Shown here one piece after another: positions 37,469-48,129 of a stretch of DNA of 64,000 bases. Below the pieces are notes generated by a model that was not told where the DNA came from, made no database searches, and saw only the letters and a list, made by a program, of their open reading frames with translations. Source of the DNA: a bacterium. GTDB lineage: Bacteria; Hinthialibacterota; Hinthialibacteria; Hinthialibacterales; Hinthialibacteraceae. The DNA lies in the NCBI GenBank assembly GCA_963662285.2, contig CAXXMV010000002.1:1248001-1312000 (forward strand), given 5' to 3'. Positions within the stretch are counted from its first letter, which is position 1, and the number at the start of each line of letters is the position of its first letter. Position numbers and translations under genes: made by a program.

Positions 37469-38827
37469 ATGACCTTTGGATTAAATTTTAGCCTGGCTCA
37501 TATAACGGAACTGTTCGATTCGCATAAACTGTTGATTTTCTTTGTTCCCTTTCTGATATATGTGGTTAATGGACGGGAAATAAGCAGCGGCGACCCGACG
37601 CCGACCGTGTTTACTTCCATTAATCTGGTCAAAAAAGGCACAGTTTTTCTCGACGATTTGCATGATTACATTCCCTACCACAACATGCCATATTACGTGT
37701 CAGAGCAATGCGGTCATATCGTCTCCAATTATCCTGTTTTTCCGGGGGTCATGGCGGCGCCGGTTTTTGCGCCTTTCGTGTGGTTGGGGATGGTTGAGCC
37801 GGGTGATGGCGACCTGGTGTGGAATTATCTATCCAAACTGAGTGGAGCGTTCTATAGTTCACTGGCGGTGCTGGTGATGTTTTTGGCGCTTAAGTTGTTG
37901 ATTGATAAAGAGAACGCTCTGCTGTTGGCTATGGCTTATGGCTTGGGAACGGCGTTGTGGCCTATCGCCTCGCAAAGCCTGTGGCAGCATGGCCCCAGCG
38001 TATTCTGGTGGAGCGTCTGTTTTTACGCCATAATCCGCGCAGAACAATCGGATGAATCCTGCGTTATGAAGCGTTTCCTGTTTTTCGCCGGAATGGCCGC
38101 CGGATGTGCGGTTCTATGCCGTACCGTAAATGGAGTCTGCATGGCGGTGATGTGCGGAGCGATTTTGCTGCGCCATAGACGATGCGCTATGTATTTTATA
38201 GTTCCCGCCGCCGTATTAAGCGCATTGTTAATTATATATAACGTGGCGCTGTTCGACTCGTGGAAGGGCGGCGATACCGTATTACATGCGTTGCATTGGG
38301 AACTGGATCGCGTCGAGGGTGATTCTTGGTCGACGCCACTATATATCGGGTTGCCCGGACAATTAATCAGCCCCAGCCGCGGGCTGTTGATTTTCAGTCC
38401 ATTTCTGATTTTTTCGTTTATCGGGATGATTGTAATTTGGCGTAAGGAAGAATCGGTTTGGAGAACCATTGCCTTAACTATTCCCGCGCCTCTGCTGATG
38501 TTGCTGCTATTTTCAAAATACGCCGTATGGTGGGGAGGGAACTCTCATTTCGGGCCTCGTTACCAGATTGAAACCTATCCGTTTTTAATTATATATATGG
38601 CAGCGATTCTTCCTGCATTGCGAAAGCATAGATTATTCAATGTTTTATTTATTGTTTTATTAATATATTCTGTAATAGTGCAATGGGTTGGCGCGTTTTG
38701 TTATCCAGGTGGATGGACCGTTGAACCAGTAGATTTGGCTCATGATAAAGCCAGATTCTGGAGTTGGTCTTACAACCAGATATGGACCTGTTTGAAGAGC
38801 GGGATTAAGTTTCCAGGGCTTTGGTAG
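37469..38827 (+). CDS. polytopic membrane protein, GT-C (PMT/ArnT-like) glycosyltransferase candidate
   Basis: About 11 TM; SGD after TM1, SQSLWQH, SPSRGLLIFSP, WWGG..FGPRY. Confidence 0.65.
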   Translation: MTFGLNFSLAHITELFDSHKLLIFFVPFLIYVVNGREISSGDPTPTVFTSINLVKKGTVFLDDLHDYIPYHNMPYYVSEQCGHIVSNYPVFPGVMAAPVFAPFVWLGMVEPGDGDLVWNYLSKLSGAFYSSLAVLVMFLALKLLIDKENALLLAMAYGLGTALWPIASQSLWQHGPSVFWWSVCFYAIIRAEQSDESCVMKRFLFFAGMAAGCAVLCRTVNGVCMAVMCGAILLRHRRCAMYFIVPAAVLSALLIIYNVALFDSWKGGDTVLHALHWELDRVEGDSWSTPLYIGLPGQLISPSRGLLIFSPFLIFSFIGMIVIWRKEESVWRTIALTIPAPLLMLLLFSKYAVWWGGNSHFGPRYQIETYPFLIIYMAAILPALRKHRLFNVLFIVLLIYSVIVQWVGAFCYPGGWTVEPVDLAHDKARFWSWSYNQIWTCLKSGIKFPGLW

Positions 38828-38846
38828 TAACCATGCTCAAAAAACA

Positions 38847-38953
38847 TGGTTTGCATAATAAGGTTCTGATGCGTGGTTTGCACAAGCCATAAAAAATTTG
38901 GCTTGCTCAAATAACAAACGTGAAAATAAAAGAATATTTTTTGAGCACTGCTC
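38847..38953. repeat. about 100-bp dispersed repeat, copy A (MITE/IS-end-like)
   Basis: Starts TGGTTTGCATAATAAGGTTCTGAT and ends TTTTTGAGCACTGCTC; copy B at 39195-39293. Confidence 0.7.
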
Positions 38954-38983
38954 TGACAAGAAAATCATTAAAAAAATAAATAG

Positions 38984-38997
38984 GTGCAAATTTGCAC
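38984..38997. promoter_or_regulatory. perfect 14-bp palindrome, candidate operator
   Basis: GTGCAAATTTGCAC just upstream of TTGACT (39004) and TATTAT (39028). Confidence 0.35.
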
Positions 38998-39194
38998 ATA
39001 CACTTGACTCCATGTATAATTATTGTTTATTATAGCAACAGGCTAAAACAATAATTATTTCATTTAACCGATTACATTTATAAGATTTAATGCATCTATT
39101 TAAACAATTATAGGTGCTTATAATTTCTGCTTTGCGCTACATAAGATTAATGATAACTGTAGATTAACACTTATTTTTGATCAATTAGTTAGGG

Positions 39195-39293
39195 TGGTTT
39201 GCATAATAAAGTTCTGATTCGCGATTTGGAAAAGCTGGGCTTTTCCGGATAAAAAAAGGCGATTATAAACGGACAAATTTTTGAGAACCGCTC
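39195..39293. repeat. about 100-bp dispersed repeat, copy B
   Basis: First 24 nt match copy A at 23/24; ends TTTTTGAGAACCGCTC. Confidence 0.7.
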
Positions 39294-39330
39294 CAGTATC
39301 CCATGAGTTGATTCCATAGGGAGTAATGAA

Positions 39331-39705
39331 ATGTCTAGACGCCGTGCGAAAATACTATCAGAACGAGAGCTGGAAGTAATGAACGCAGTTTGGACGTTGG
39401 GACGAGCGTCTGTAAAAGAAATCCGTTCAGAAATGGGAGGAGAAAAAGCCGGGGCCTATACATCAATAGCGACGATGCTTAAATTTCTGGAAAGCAAGGG
39501 CGTTCTGCGGCATGAACAAGAAGGACGAACTTTTTATTATATCTCATGCACCAGTAAGGAATACGAACAAAACAAAGCGATTCGCTATATATTGACCAAT
39601 TATTTTGGAGGTAATGTGAGCCGCATGATTAGGACTCTTAATTCTTCCATAGATTTAACCAGGGATGAACGTATAACCGTTGCTAAAGTAATGATGACCG
39701 AATAG
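39331..39705 (+). CDS. BlaI/MecI/CopY family repressor (no adjacent M56 gene)
   Basis: LSERELEVMNAVW..AYTSIATMLKFLESKG..GRTFYY..YFGG. Confidence 0.9.
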   Translation: MSRRRAKILSERELEVMNAVWTLGRASVKEIRSEMGGEKAGAYTSIATMLKFLESKGVLRHEQEGRTFYYISCTSKEYEQNKAIRYILTNYFGGNVSRMIRTLNSSIDLTRDERITVAKVMMTE

Positions 39706-39801
39706 TTATTGGAATTTTCCCACCTTCCCACATTTGGCTTTAGGCCATCTCCGTGTACAATAGCGCTTGTATCTTTCTATTAATAATTATGGAGAAAATG
39801 C

Positions 39802-40815
39802 ATGAAACGCATTTTTTTGCTGCTATTCACAGTAACTTCGCTGATTTCCATTTCAAACGCAATTGTTCTGGAAACTATTGACGCCACTATTAATGATGAG
39901 CTGGTTTTATCTGGTGAGGTTGACTCTCAGATAATGATGATTGCTGGAGAACAGAAACTATTTGTTCAAGAAGGCGGTCGCTATGTTCTGCCCAATGAGG
40001 TTTTCCAACAACTCCGCCCCCAGGTTCTGCAAAAAATCATTGACGAAATTCTGTTAATGCAGGTGGTTAGAGAGCGATTAACCGAAGAGGAGTTTGATAA
40101 CCTTAGAGATAGGTGTCTACGACAAACCGATATTGAAATGCTTAATTTTCAAAGTCAATTTAATACTCCGGCGAAAATAACTCAAAAAGAAAAAGAAATG
40201 CGCATGTCGTGGGAAGAATATCGCCAAGCCATATATAAACAAAAATTCGCATATTCAATTCAAGAAGTTATTCTATCTCAATTGTCAAATCTTAAAGCAG
40301 ATCCTCCTACCCAGCAGGAACTTGCGCAATATTCTATCGATTATCCCGGCAATCCTCCGACAAATCAAATTACGATTCAAGATATTCAGTTGAATTTTCC
40401 ACCCAATGCATCCGCTGAAGATAAAGAAGAAATCAGGAAAAAAGCGGAAGAAATTGTGCTTCAAGCTCGAGGCGGCGATCCTTTTGACACGCTGGTCAGA
40501 CTATTTTCACAAAATGAAAATTCCCGGAAGAATTTTGGCGAAATACCGCCCTTCGCCAAAGGCTCACTGCTTCCAGAATTTGATGTACTTTTCGATTATA
40601 AAATAGGAGAGATATCTAATCCGATTTATACGGCCAATGCATACCATATAGCCAAGGTAATCCATATAGACTCTTTGGAATCACGTGTAATGCAGATAAA
40701 GAAAAAGCGTAAATTGAACGAGTTGTTGACTAAAATGCGCGAGACGGCGGATATCGTGATTCGGGACAGGAAATACGCAAGTCGAATTATCCCAATTTCC
40801 AACAACAGCAAATAA
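39802..40815 (+). CDS. SurA/PpiC-type peptidyl-prolyl isomerase
   Basis: Signal peptide, IDATINDELVL, FDTLVRLFSQ...FGEIPPF...ISNPIYTANAYHIAKV. Confidence 0.8.
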   Translation: MKRIFLLLFTVTSLISISNAIVLETIDATINDELVLSGEVDSQIMMIAGEQKLFVQEGGRYVLPNEVFQQLRPQVLQKIIDEILLMQVVRERLTEEEFDNLRDRCLRQTDIEMLNFQSQFNTPAKITQKEKEMRMSWEEYRQAIYKQKFAYSIQEVILSQLSNLKADPPTQQELAQYSIDYPGNPPTNQITIQDIQLNFPPNASAEDKEEIRKKAEEIVLQARGGDPFDTLVRLFSQNENSRKNFGEIPPFAKGSLLPEFDVLFDYKIGEISNPIYTANAYHIAKVIHIDSLESRVMQIKKKRKLNELLTKMRETADIVIRDRKYASRIIPISNNSK

Positions 40816-40901
40816 CTGATAGTGCGTTAAGGTTGTTCGACATAATGAGTTAGTCAGAGTATTGGCATATCAACTGTTATACTGTTAAAAATTATTTAAT
40901 A

Positions 40902-40929
40902 AAAAAAGCCTGTATTTGCAGGCTTTTTT
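40902..40929. terminator. bidirectional Rho-independent terminator
   Basis: AAAAAAGCCTG-TATTTG-CAGGCTTTTTT between convergent genes. Confidence 0.8.
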
Positions 40930-40960
40930 GCGAATAATAATGTTTTTTTAAACAGATTTT

Positions 40961-41338
40961 CTAACTGATTATTTCCATGCGGTTTAACTCGGATTTCAGA
41001 TCGAATCCAACATCGAAATCATCGATACTGTCTTCATCGGTCTTTTTTACTTCGCCCATTTCGACCAGGTTAAAAACGATATTGCCGAAATCCCGTGAGG
41101 ATTCAACGCCCCATTCCTTGAAAACCAAGTATGCCATTTCACCATAACGTTTTTTTCCTAAACGAGCGATGCCAATCAATAATTCATGACCTGAAATATG
41201 GCGCGGCTTTTTGAAATAGCATTGAGTATAACGAAGCGCCTCGAGAACGAAAAAATAGACATTGGGATGATAGTGGGTATCTGATTGCGAAATCCACTCC
41301 AATAGGTGTTTTTCATTCATAGTACACATCCCTTTCAA
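40961..41338 (-). CDS. Minf_1886-like protein (family described from Verrucomicrobia/Planctomycetes)
   Basis: YFFVLEAL...RHISGHELL...WGVESSRDFGNIVFNLVE...DSIDDF; start may be 41320. Confidence 0.8.
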   Translation of the reverse strand: MKGMCTMNEKHLLEWISQSDTHYHPNVYFFVLEALRYTQCYFKKPRHISGHELLIGIARLGKKRYGEMAYLVFKEWGVESSRDFGNIVFNLVEMGEVKKTDEDSIDDFDVGFDLKSELNRMEIIS

Positions 41339-41519
41339 TCAAAAAAGAACTATATAAGTATCTGATGTTTTACATAAATTATACTTTCAAATATCCAAAC
41401 TAACAACAGATGTTATTATGAAAGAAGATTAATGTTATTCGTAAATCCTTGAATAGGCGTTTCCGCTCCCGCTACAATATATATAATGAAAACAGTAATC
41501 CAGTTTCCAGAGGTGTTTA

Positions 41520-42416
41520 ATGATAGATTCAAGGGCTTTTTCAGTTAAATCTGATGGAGTATCGATTATTGTTCCAATATTCAACGAAGAGAATAGCATA
41601 AAATCTTTTCTCGCAGAGCTGAAACAATATATAGATTCAGTTTCGTTTCCCGTCGAAGTGGTTCTGGTCGACGATGGTTCCACCGACCATACTCCGGAAT
41701 ATTTAGAAGAAACGTCCTTCACTGTGATTCGTCGTCATATTAACTGTGGATATGGGGCGGCAATCAAATGCGGGATAGATAACAGCCAATATGAAGCCAT
41801 AGTTATCATTGACGCAGATGGCACTTATCCGCCTCATGAGATTGGACCGATAGTTGAATTGCTGGAACATAACGACATGGTGGTCGGAGCGCGCACCGGG
41901 CCTGACGCCAAAATACCCTGGATTAGACGTCCTGCTAAATGGTTGATCCGGCTTTTCGCTGGTTGGATAGTGCGCTACCCGATTCCCGACCTGAATTCGG
42001 GGCTTCGAGCTATAAGAAGAACGCAGTTAAAACCGGTGCAGCGTTTGTTGCCGGATGGTTTTTCATTAACCACTACGCTTACGGTGGCCTTTCTCTCAAC
42101 CGGTAAACGGGTGCATTATCAACCTATTCAATACTTGAAAAGATCGGGTTCATCTAAATTCCATCCGATTCATGATACTTGGAACATGATATTGCTGATC
42201 TTGAGGACGGTGGTGTTATTACGCCCCTTAAATGTATTTATCCCTCTGAGTTTTACTCTAGCCATAATGGCAATAGGCGTATTGATTTACAGTAAATTAT
42301 TCACTGAACAATTCATGGACGCCACATTTATTGTTCTGATGATGGCCAGCGTTCAAATGTTCGTCCTGGGATTAATCGCTGATTTGATTGTTCGCATTAA
42401 CTTGTGGACTCATTAG
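41520..42416 (+). CDS. GT2 glycosyltransferase (DPM-synthase-like) with C-terminal TM helices
   Basis: SIIVPIFNEE, VDDGSTD, GYGAA, IDADG, DLNSGLR. Confidence 0.92.
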   Translation: MIDSRAFSVKSDGVSIIVPIFNEENSIKSFLAELKQYIDSVSFPVEVVLVDDGSTDHTPEYLEETSFTVIRRHINCGYGAAIKCGIDNSQYEAIVIIDADGTYPPHEIGPIVELLEHNDMVVGARTGPDAKIPWIRRPAKWLIRLFAGWIVRYPIPDLNSGLRAIRRTQLKPVQRLLPDGFSLTTTLTVAFLSTGKRVHYQPIQYLKRSGSSKFHPIHDTWNMILLILRTVVLLRPLNVFIPLSFTLAIMAIGVLIYSKLFTEQFMDATFIVLMMASVQMFVLGLIADLIVRINLWTH

Positions 42417-42465
42417 AACGCTATACATAAATATAATTCTGAAAATAGTTTGAAGAGTTAAAATA

Positions 42466-44334
42466 ATGACTAGGAAGGAACCTGCATCAATGCGAGATTT
42501 ATTGAGATGTGCAGTTCTCGGAATCATCATAATCAGCTGCGCTTTTGTGAATCAATGCGCCAAAAAAGATATCCCGATTAACCGGCCGGCGCAGGATCAG
42601 ATAGTGATGTCTATAGGCGATTATCAATTGACCGTCGGCGATTTGCTGGTTGCTTTTCAAGAAGAAAAATCTTTCGATTTCATACTTATCAATAAAGTGA
42701 ATAATAACTTGGCCCCAGCAATTATAGAATTTGGTACGGGCGTCATTTGTGAACATTTTTTTGCGGAACAAGCGCGGGAAGCGGGATTGGATAAAAAACC
42801 GGAATTCGAGGAAGCCCACAAGAATGCCGTCAAGGATGAACTTTATCAAAAAGTTATCCTGAATGACGTAATAAAAAAAATCCGTTTGACGGATCAGGAA
42901 ATAAAGCGCTATTACGATGAAAACCTTAAGAGCCTTTTTTTAAAGCCTAATACTAATGTGCTGCTTATAAGGGGTATCTGGATTTCTTATGAAAAGCGCA
43001 GTCGAGAGGAAGCGCAAGAACTGGCTCAGCAGGCTTACCAGAGGCTTCAAAAAGGCGATCCCTTTGAGGTGGTAGCCCTTAAATATTCGGAAGCTGAGTT
43101 ACATAAACGTGGAAAACCCAATAAGGTGCCTCCCGGAATGTTTGATCCGGAAATTGCTGCGCAGATTGAGCCATTGGAAGATGGAGAGTATACCGCACCG
43201 TTTGAATTTACGCAAAAAAAACGTTTTTATATTATGAAAAAAGTCCGCTTTATCGATGCGGAATATCATCCTTTTGAAAGTATGCGTAAGAATATTATTC
43301 AATCATTGGCGTCTAAAAGACAAAACGATGAAATATTTTTATTGAGTCAGCAATTACAGAAAAAACACCATCTACTGGTAAATTCCAGCTGGATCGAGAA
43401 TGCTGACGATGTGCAAGATGATGCAGTTATTATATCTGTTCCACCCATATACGAGTTAACTTTGGGAGAATTTAAAGAATACGCCAGACAACAAAACAAA
43501 TGGACTCCGCAGGATAAGAAGGATTATCTTTCGTTCCTGGGTAATAAAGCCGTTTATCTTGCTGAATCTTATAGCCGGAATTGGAGCGAAGCGGATGTCG
43601 CTAAGGCTATTGAATATTGGGATCGTAATAAATTGGCCAAGTTATGGATTAATCATATAATGGATGCAAAATATCCTATTACTGAACAACAAATACGTGA
43701 TATTTATGATAAGAATAAAAACCATCCCAATCTTTACACGCCTGCTTTATATGATCTAAGCCAATTACTATTCAGCATCCCGGTTACGCCTTCAACCTCA
43801 ATTTACCAGACTCAAATACTGTTTGCTCAAGCGAAAGCGCAGGCGGACAAAGCATATGAAGCAATACAGAATGGCATGTCGTTCGATGAAGCCGCGCTTC
43901 AATTCGCTCAACAGGATAATATAACAGTAATCCATAAACGTTTTAGAGATATTCCTCTCATTGGATTTAGTCCAAAAATCCAAGATTCTATAGCGCCGGG
44001 CGATGGTCCGGCAATGAAAGTTGGCGATATCAGTGAACCAGAGCGTCTTCATAATCTGACCAAGGAAGAATATGGATACGAGATATTTTATTTGAGGAAT
44101 GTTACTCCATCGGTACCAATGAATTATGAAGAAGCGCGAGTGGAGATTGGGCGGCGAGTAGCGAATAATTTGTCCTTGAAAATTCGACAGGATTTAGAAA
44201 AAGAGTTTATGAGCAAGCAGCAGTTATCTCTTAATCAAGAAGGGCTGCAATCAGTAATAGATTACCTGGCGACATTGGTTGACCGTCCTGATTGGCAGGC
44301 GGATATCACCCGGTACGAAGAACCGGATTCGTAA
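42466..44334 (+). CDS. large PpiC-type (parvulin) foldase, two rotamase-like domains
   Basis: N-terminal anchor; AYQRLQKGDPFEVVALKYSE; AYEAIQNGMSFDEAA..KVGDISEP. Confidence 0.75.
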   Translation: MTRKEPASMRDLLRCAVLGIIIISCAFVNQCAKKDIPINRPAQDQIVMSIGDYQLTVGDLLVAFQEEKSFDFILINKVNNNLAPAIIEFGTGVICEHFFAEQAREAGLDKKPEFEEAHKNAVKDELYQKVILNDVIKKIRLTDQEIKRYYDENLKSLFLKPNTNVLLIRGIWISYEKRSREEAQELAQQAYQRLQKGDPFEVVALKYSEAELHKRGKPNKVPPGMFDPEIAAQIEPLEDGEYTAPFEFTQKKRFYIMKKVRFIDAEYHPFESMRKNIIQSLASKRQNDEIFLLSQQLQKKHHLLVNSSWIENADDVQDDAVIISVPPIYELTLGEFKEYARQQNKWTPQDKKDYLSFLGNKAVYLAESYSRNWSEADVAKAIEYWDRNKLAKLWINHIMDAKYPITEQQIRDIYDKNKNHPNLYTPALYDLSQLLFSIPVTPSTSIYQTQILFAQAKAQADKAYEAIQNGMSFDEAALQFAQQDNITVIHKRFRDIPLIGFSPKIQDSIAPGDGPAMKVGDISEPERLHNLTKEEYGYEIFYLRNVTPSVPMNYEEARVEIGRRVANNLSLKIRQDLEKEFMSKQQLSLNQEGLQSVIDYLATLVDRPDWQADITRYEEPDS

Positions 44335-44363
44335 ACAAATATGGTAGTAAAAGAGAGATTGAC

Positions 44364-45806
44364 ATGAAGATATTATTTGCTGCATCGGAAATTGCGCCGC
44401 TCGCTCAAACTGGCGGTTTAGCCGCAGTTATGAAAAGTCTGCCCGCGGCTTTGAAGCAGAATGGCATTGAAACAGCTTTAGTAATGCCTAAATACCGCCA
44501 TATTGAGGCGGAAGAAGATGAATTGGCCCTGATAAATATTCCAGTTGAAGATAAATTGATTAAGGGACGCATTCAACGGACTACATTGCCAAATTCTAAC
44601 ATTCCCGTCTTCCTGATAGAACAAGACGATTATTACGACCGGGACGGATTATATACAGAACAAGGGCGCGACTATTCCGATAATCTGGAACGTTATACAT
44701 TCTTCTGCCGTGCGGTATTGGAGTTAATAGCGCGAGGTATATTTAAGGCCGATATCATCCACGCCAATGATTGGCAGACGGCGTTGATTCCGGTATATAT
44801 AAAGACTTTATTCAAAGACCATCTATTATTAAGCAAAATTAAAACCTTATATACCATGCACAATATGGCCTACCAAGGTCTTTTCCCCATATTCCATTAT
44901 CCAATTCTGGGCTTGGGGTGGGAGCATTTCAATATTGAAGAATTGGAATTTTATAATCAGATCAACCTGATGAAAGGCGGAATCGTCTGGGCAGACGCTA
45001 TCAATACAGTTAGTTCGACTTATGCCAAAGAAATTCAAACTATCGAATTTGGATACGGACTAGACGGTATAATTAAAGAAAATAATGCCCGATTGCATGG
45101 TATTTTGAATTGCATAGATTATAACGAATGGTCGCCTGACAAAGACTCATATATTTCGGCTAAGTATGATGTTGATACAGTTATAGACGGTAAAGCAAAA
45201 AATAAGATTGCTCTGCTTAAGGAATTCGGATTGCCCATTCCTAAGACTCGTAAACCACTTATGGGCATGGTTGCCAGGTTAACCCTCCAAAAAGGTTGTG
45301 ATCTGCTGATAGAGATATTGCCACAACTGATCCAGAACGGCGCTCAAGTAATCGTGCTGGGAACCGGCGACCCGAAACTGGAAGATCAGCTCATGTCATT
45401 GAAAAAGAAATTCCCCGAATCCTTCGGCGTCGTTATAGATTATGACACGCGTTTATCACATTGCATCGAAGCCGGATCAGATATCTTTCTAATGCCTTCG
45501 CGATTTGAACCGTGTGGATTAAACCAGATGTATTCACTGCGGTATGGCAGCATTCCCATAGTTCATTTAATTGGCGGGCTGGCCGACACGGTTACTGATA
45601 TTAATCTGTCGGATGAGGGCAATGGGTTTACTTTTGATCAGGAAACCCCGGAGGCCTTTTTGGGGACCTGCAATCGCGCCATGAAATTTTTCGAAGATCC
45701 ATCAGCCTGGAAAAAACTTATACAAAGGGCTATGAGAATTGATTTTTCATGGAATCGATCCGCGCAGGAGTACATAAGCATTTATAAGTCTTTACTGGAA
45801 GATTAG
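44364..45806 (+). CDS. glgA: glycogen synthase (GT5)
   Basis: ATG 44364; IHANDWQTAL, TMHNMAYQG, ARLTLQKG, MPSRFEPCGLNQ; motif QTGGLAAV in place of KTGGLADV. Confidence 0.92.
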   Translation: MKILFAASEIAPLAQTGGLAAVMKSLPAALKQNGIETALVMPKYRHIEAEEDELALINIPVEDKLIKGRIQRTTLPNSNIPVFLIEQDDYYDRDGLYTEQGRDYSDNLERYTFFCRAVLELIARGIFKADIIHANDWQTALIPVYIKTLFKDHLLLSKIKTLYTMHNMAYQGLFPIFHYPILGLGWEHFNIEELEFYNQINLMKGGIVWADAINTVSSTYAKEIQTIEFGYGLDGIIKENNARLHGILNCIDYNEWSPDKDSYISAKYDVDTVIDGKAKNKIALLKEFGLPIPKTRKPLMGMVARLTLQKGCDLLIEILPQLIQNGAQVIVLGTGDPKLEDQLMSLKKKFPESFGVVIDYDTRLSHCIEAGSDIFLMPSRFEPCGLNQMYSLRYGSIPIVHLIGGLADTVTDINLSDEGNGFTFDQETPEAFLGTCNRAMKFFEDPSAWKKLIQRAMRIDFSWNRSAQEYISIYKSLLED

Positions 45807-45933
45807 AAAAATTGCCATATAGTTATCGAGTAAGTAATATTAAGTTAAAGACAGGTTGTATGATTAACGCTCTACTCTAATTACGCCGTTATGCTGTAAA
45901 AGGTTTATAAAACCAAAGGGGAATCTTAATCAA

Positions 45934-48036
45934 ATGACCTCTTCCAAGCCGGTTTTTCTGCATATTATGTGGCATCAGCATCAACCTTGGTATGTCGAGC
46001 CGGGATCCAAGCGTTGCGTAATGCCTTGGGTGCGTTTGCATGGAGTTAAGGATTATTATGATATTGCATGGTTGAGTAAAGAATACGACGGCTGGAAGCA
46101 GACCATAAATCTGGTTCCGTCATTACTTGAACAATTGCAACGCTATAACAATGGTTCTTTGACTGACGAATATTGGGAACTGAGTTGTAAATCAGCCAAT
46201 CAACTTACCAACGAAGAAAAAGAGAAAATACTGACATGCTTTTTTGACGCCCATGCGCCGCGCATGATTCATCCCTTTCCCAGGTATGATGAACTTTTCC
46301 GTAAACGGGGACGTTTAGCGGCTAATGCGGTGGACCGTTTTTCAGAGCAGGATATCCGCGACCTGCAGGTATGGCATAATTTATCCTGGATTGATCCGAT
46401 ATGGCGAGAGAATCCAGACCTTCCGCTTCGCGCCCTGATTAAAAAACAGAAGAATTTTTCTGAAGAAGAGAAACATCAAGTACTGGATATTCAAAAAGAT
46501 ATTCTCAAAAAAATAATCCCCATCCATCAGGAGTTATATAATAAAGGCAAGATTCAGCTAACCTGTTCGCCTTACTATCATCCGATTCTTCCCTTATTGT
46601 GCAATACATCGATTGCGCAGGTTTCTAATCCACGCGATCCGGTGCCGGAACCGGCTTTTTCGAATCCAGAGGATGCCGAATGGCAGATAAGAGAAGGCGT
46701 TAAGGCTTTTAAGCGCATCATCGGAGCTGATCCGGTGGGTATGTGGCCTTCGGAAGGTTCGGTGTCAGATCAGGCATGCGCGATAATGGCGCAGGAAAAA
46801 GTCTCCTTCTTTGCAACGGATGAAGCGATACTGCTGCAATCTGAGTTCATTCATGGTAATAAGCCGGAACGTTCTGAACTATACCGCCTGCATCGTTTAG
46901 AGACCGCCAAAGGAGAAATTGACTGCGTTTTCAGGGATCATGGCTTGTCTGATCTTATTGGATTCGTTTATCAGAACCGCGATCCCAAAGATGCCGCCAA
47001 GGATTTTATTTCACATCTCAAAAACATTGGCAACGATTGGAAAGATAAAGCGCCTCCTCTGGTGAACGTTATCCTGGATGGCGAGAACTGTTGGGAATTT
47101 TACGCCCGCGATGGACATGACTTTCTGCGTTATTTTATCGAAGGAATATTAAAAGAGCCGCAGGTTATATCAACTACCGTGCCGGAATACCGGGCGCTTT
47201 ATCCTGCTGAACCGACCTTGAAATCGATTCATCCCGGTTCGTGGATCAACTCCAATTACCGCATCTGGATCGGTCATCAGGAAGATAACGCTGCATGGCA
47301 TTTCCTGCGCCAGGCCAGGGAAATACTGGTAGAAAAAGAAGCTGGATTGATTAAAGAAGTTAGGGCGACAGCCTGGGAAATGCTGCATATCTGTGAAGGC
47401 AGCGATTGGTTCTGGTGGTATGGTGATATTAATTCTTCGCAGCATGATATGTTGTTTGATCACCTGTTCCGCGTCCATCTGATTTACCTCTACGAACAGA
47501 TTGGTGAACCAGCGCCGCCGATGTTGCATCAACCGATTAAACAAACCAAAAAAGTATTCAAAGCGGGAGGCGTCCTTTTCCGCCAACCTGTGCTTGGCAG
47601 TGGGCGCAAGGGTTATTATAACTGGGTTGGTACGCAAGCCATATCAGCTAAAAGCGGTGGCGGGGCGATGCATCAAGCCGATGAATTCGAAGCGGATATT
47701 AGGTATGGCAGAATGAATAATTCTCTATCGCTGCTGGTGTCATTTAAGGATAAGGCGCCATTTGAGAATAAATGCCAAATCCGGCTGAATATCACTAAAC
47801 CCGTGAGTAAAACGATCACTATCACGCCAGAAACAAAACAAAATGCGGTGATAGGCGATAACTCGCTTGAAGCAATCATCGACCTTAATGAAATTGGTCT
47901 CGAAGAGAAGCAGGAAGCATGGTTTTATCTTGAATTTGAACCAAACCAGGAGCCGGCCTTCATGCTGCCGCATGGCGGTGAATTGTATCTGCATGGATAT
48001 AGCGCTTCTAACGCCAGTTTGCATTGGTTTTTATAA
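45934..48036 (+). CDS. GH57 glycoside hydrolase (amylopullulanase-like)
   Basis: WHQHQP, PWVRLHGVKDY, PYYHPILPL, MWPSEGS, LDGENCWE, EGSDWFWWY. Confidence 0.92.
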   Translation: MTSSKPVFLHIMWHQHQPWYVEPGSKRCVMPWVRLHGVKDYYDIAWLSKEYDGWKQTINLVPSLLEQLQRYNNGSLTDEYWELSCKSANQLTNEEKEKILTCFFDAHAPRMIHPFPRYDELFRKRGRLAANAVDRFSEQDIRDLQVWHNLSWIDPIWRENPDLPLRALIKKQKNFSEEEKHQVLDIQKDILKKIIPIHQELYNKGKIQLTCSPYYHPILPLLCNTSIAQVSNPRDPVPEPAFSNPEDAEWQIREGVKAFKRIIGADPVGMWPSEGSVSDQACAIMAQEKVSFFATDEAILLQSEFIHGNKPERSELYRLHRLETAKGEIDCVFRDHGLSDLIGFVYQNRDPKDAAKDFISHLKNIGNDWKDKAPPLVNVILDGENCWEFYARDGHDFLRYFIEGILKEPQVISTTVPEYRALYPAEPTLKSIHPGSWINSNYRIWIGHQEDNAAWHFLRQAREILVEKEAGLIKEVRATAWEMLHICEGSDWFWWYGDINSSQHDMLFDHLFRVHLIYLYEQIGEPAPPMLHQPIKQTKKVFKAGGVLFRQPVLGSGRKGYYNWVGTQAISAKSGGGAMHQADEFEADIRYGRMNNSLSLLVSFKDKAPFENKCQIRLNITKPVSKTITITPETKQNAVIGDNSLEAIIDLNEIGLEEKQEAWFYLEFEPNQEPAFMLPHGGELYLHGYSASNASLHWFL

Positions 48037-48129
48037 TTTGCGTGTACAAGGTTTTTTTCCATTTTTAAGTTAAATATGCTTTGAACAATTAGCGTCTAAC
48101 ATTGTGATATAGATTATAAAAAGTTATTG

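Noticed and set aside
40862-40878. Additional sigma54-like sites (also near 53283)
   Set aside because: TGGC is present but the -12 GC is missing, and the 40862 site has no suitably placed gene.
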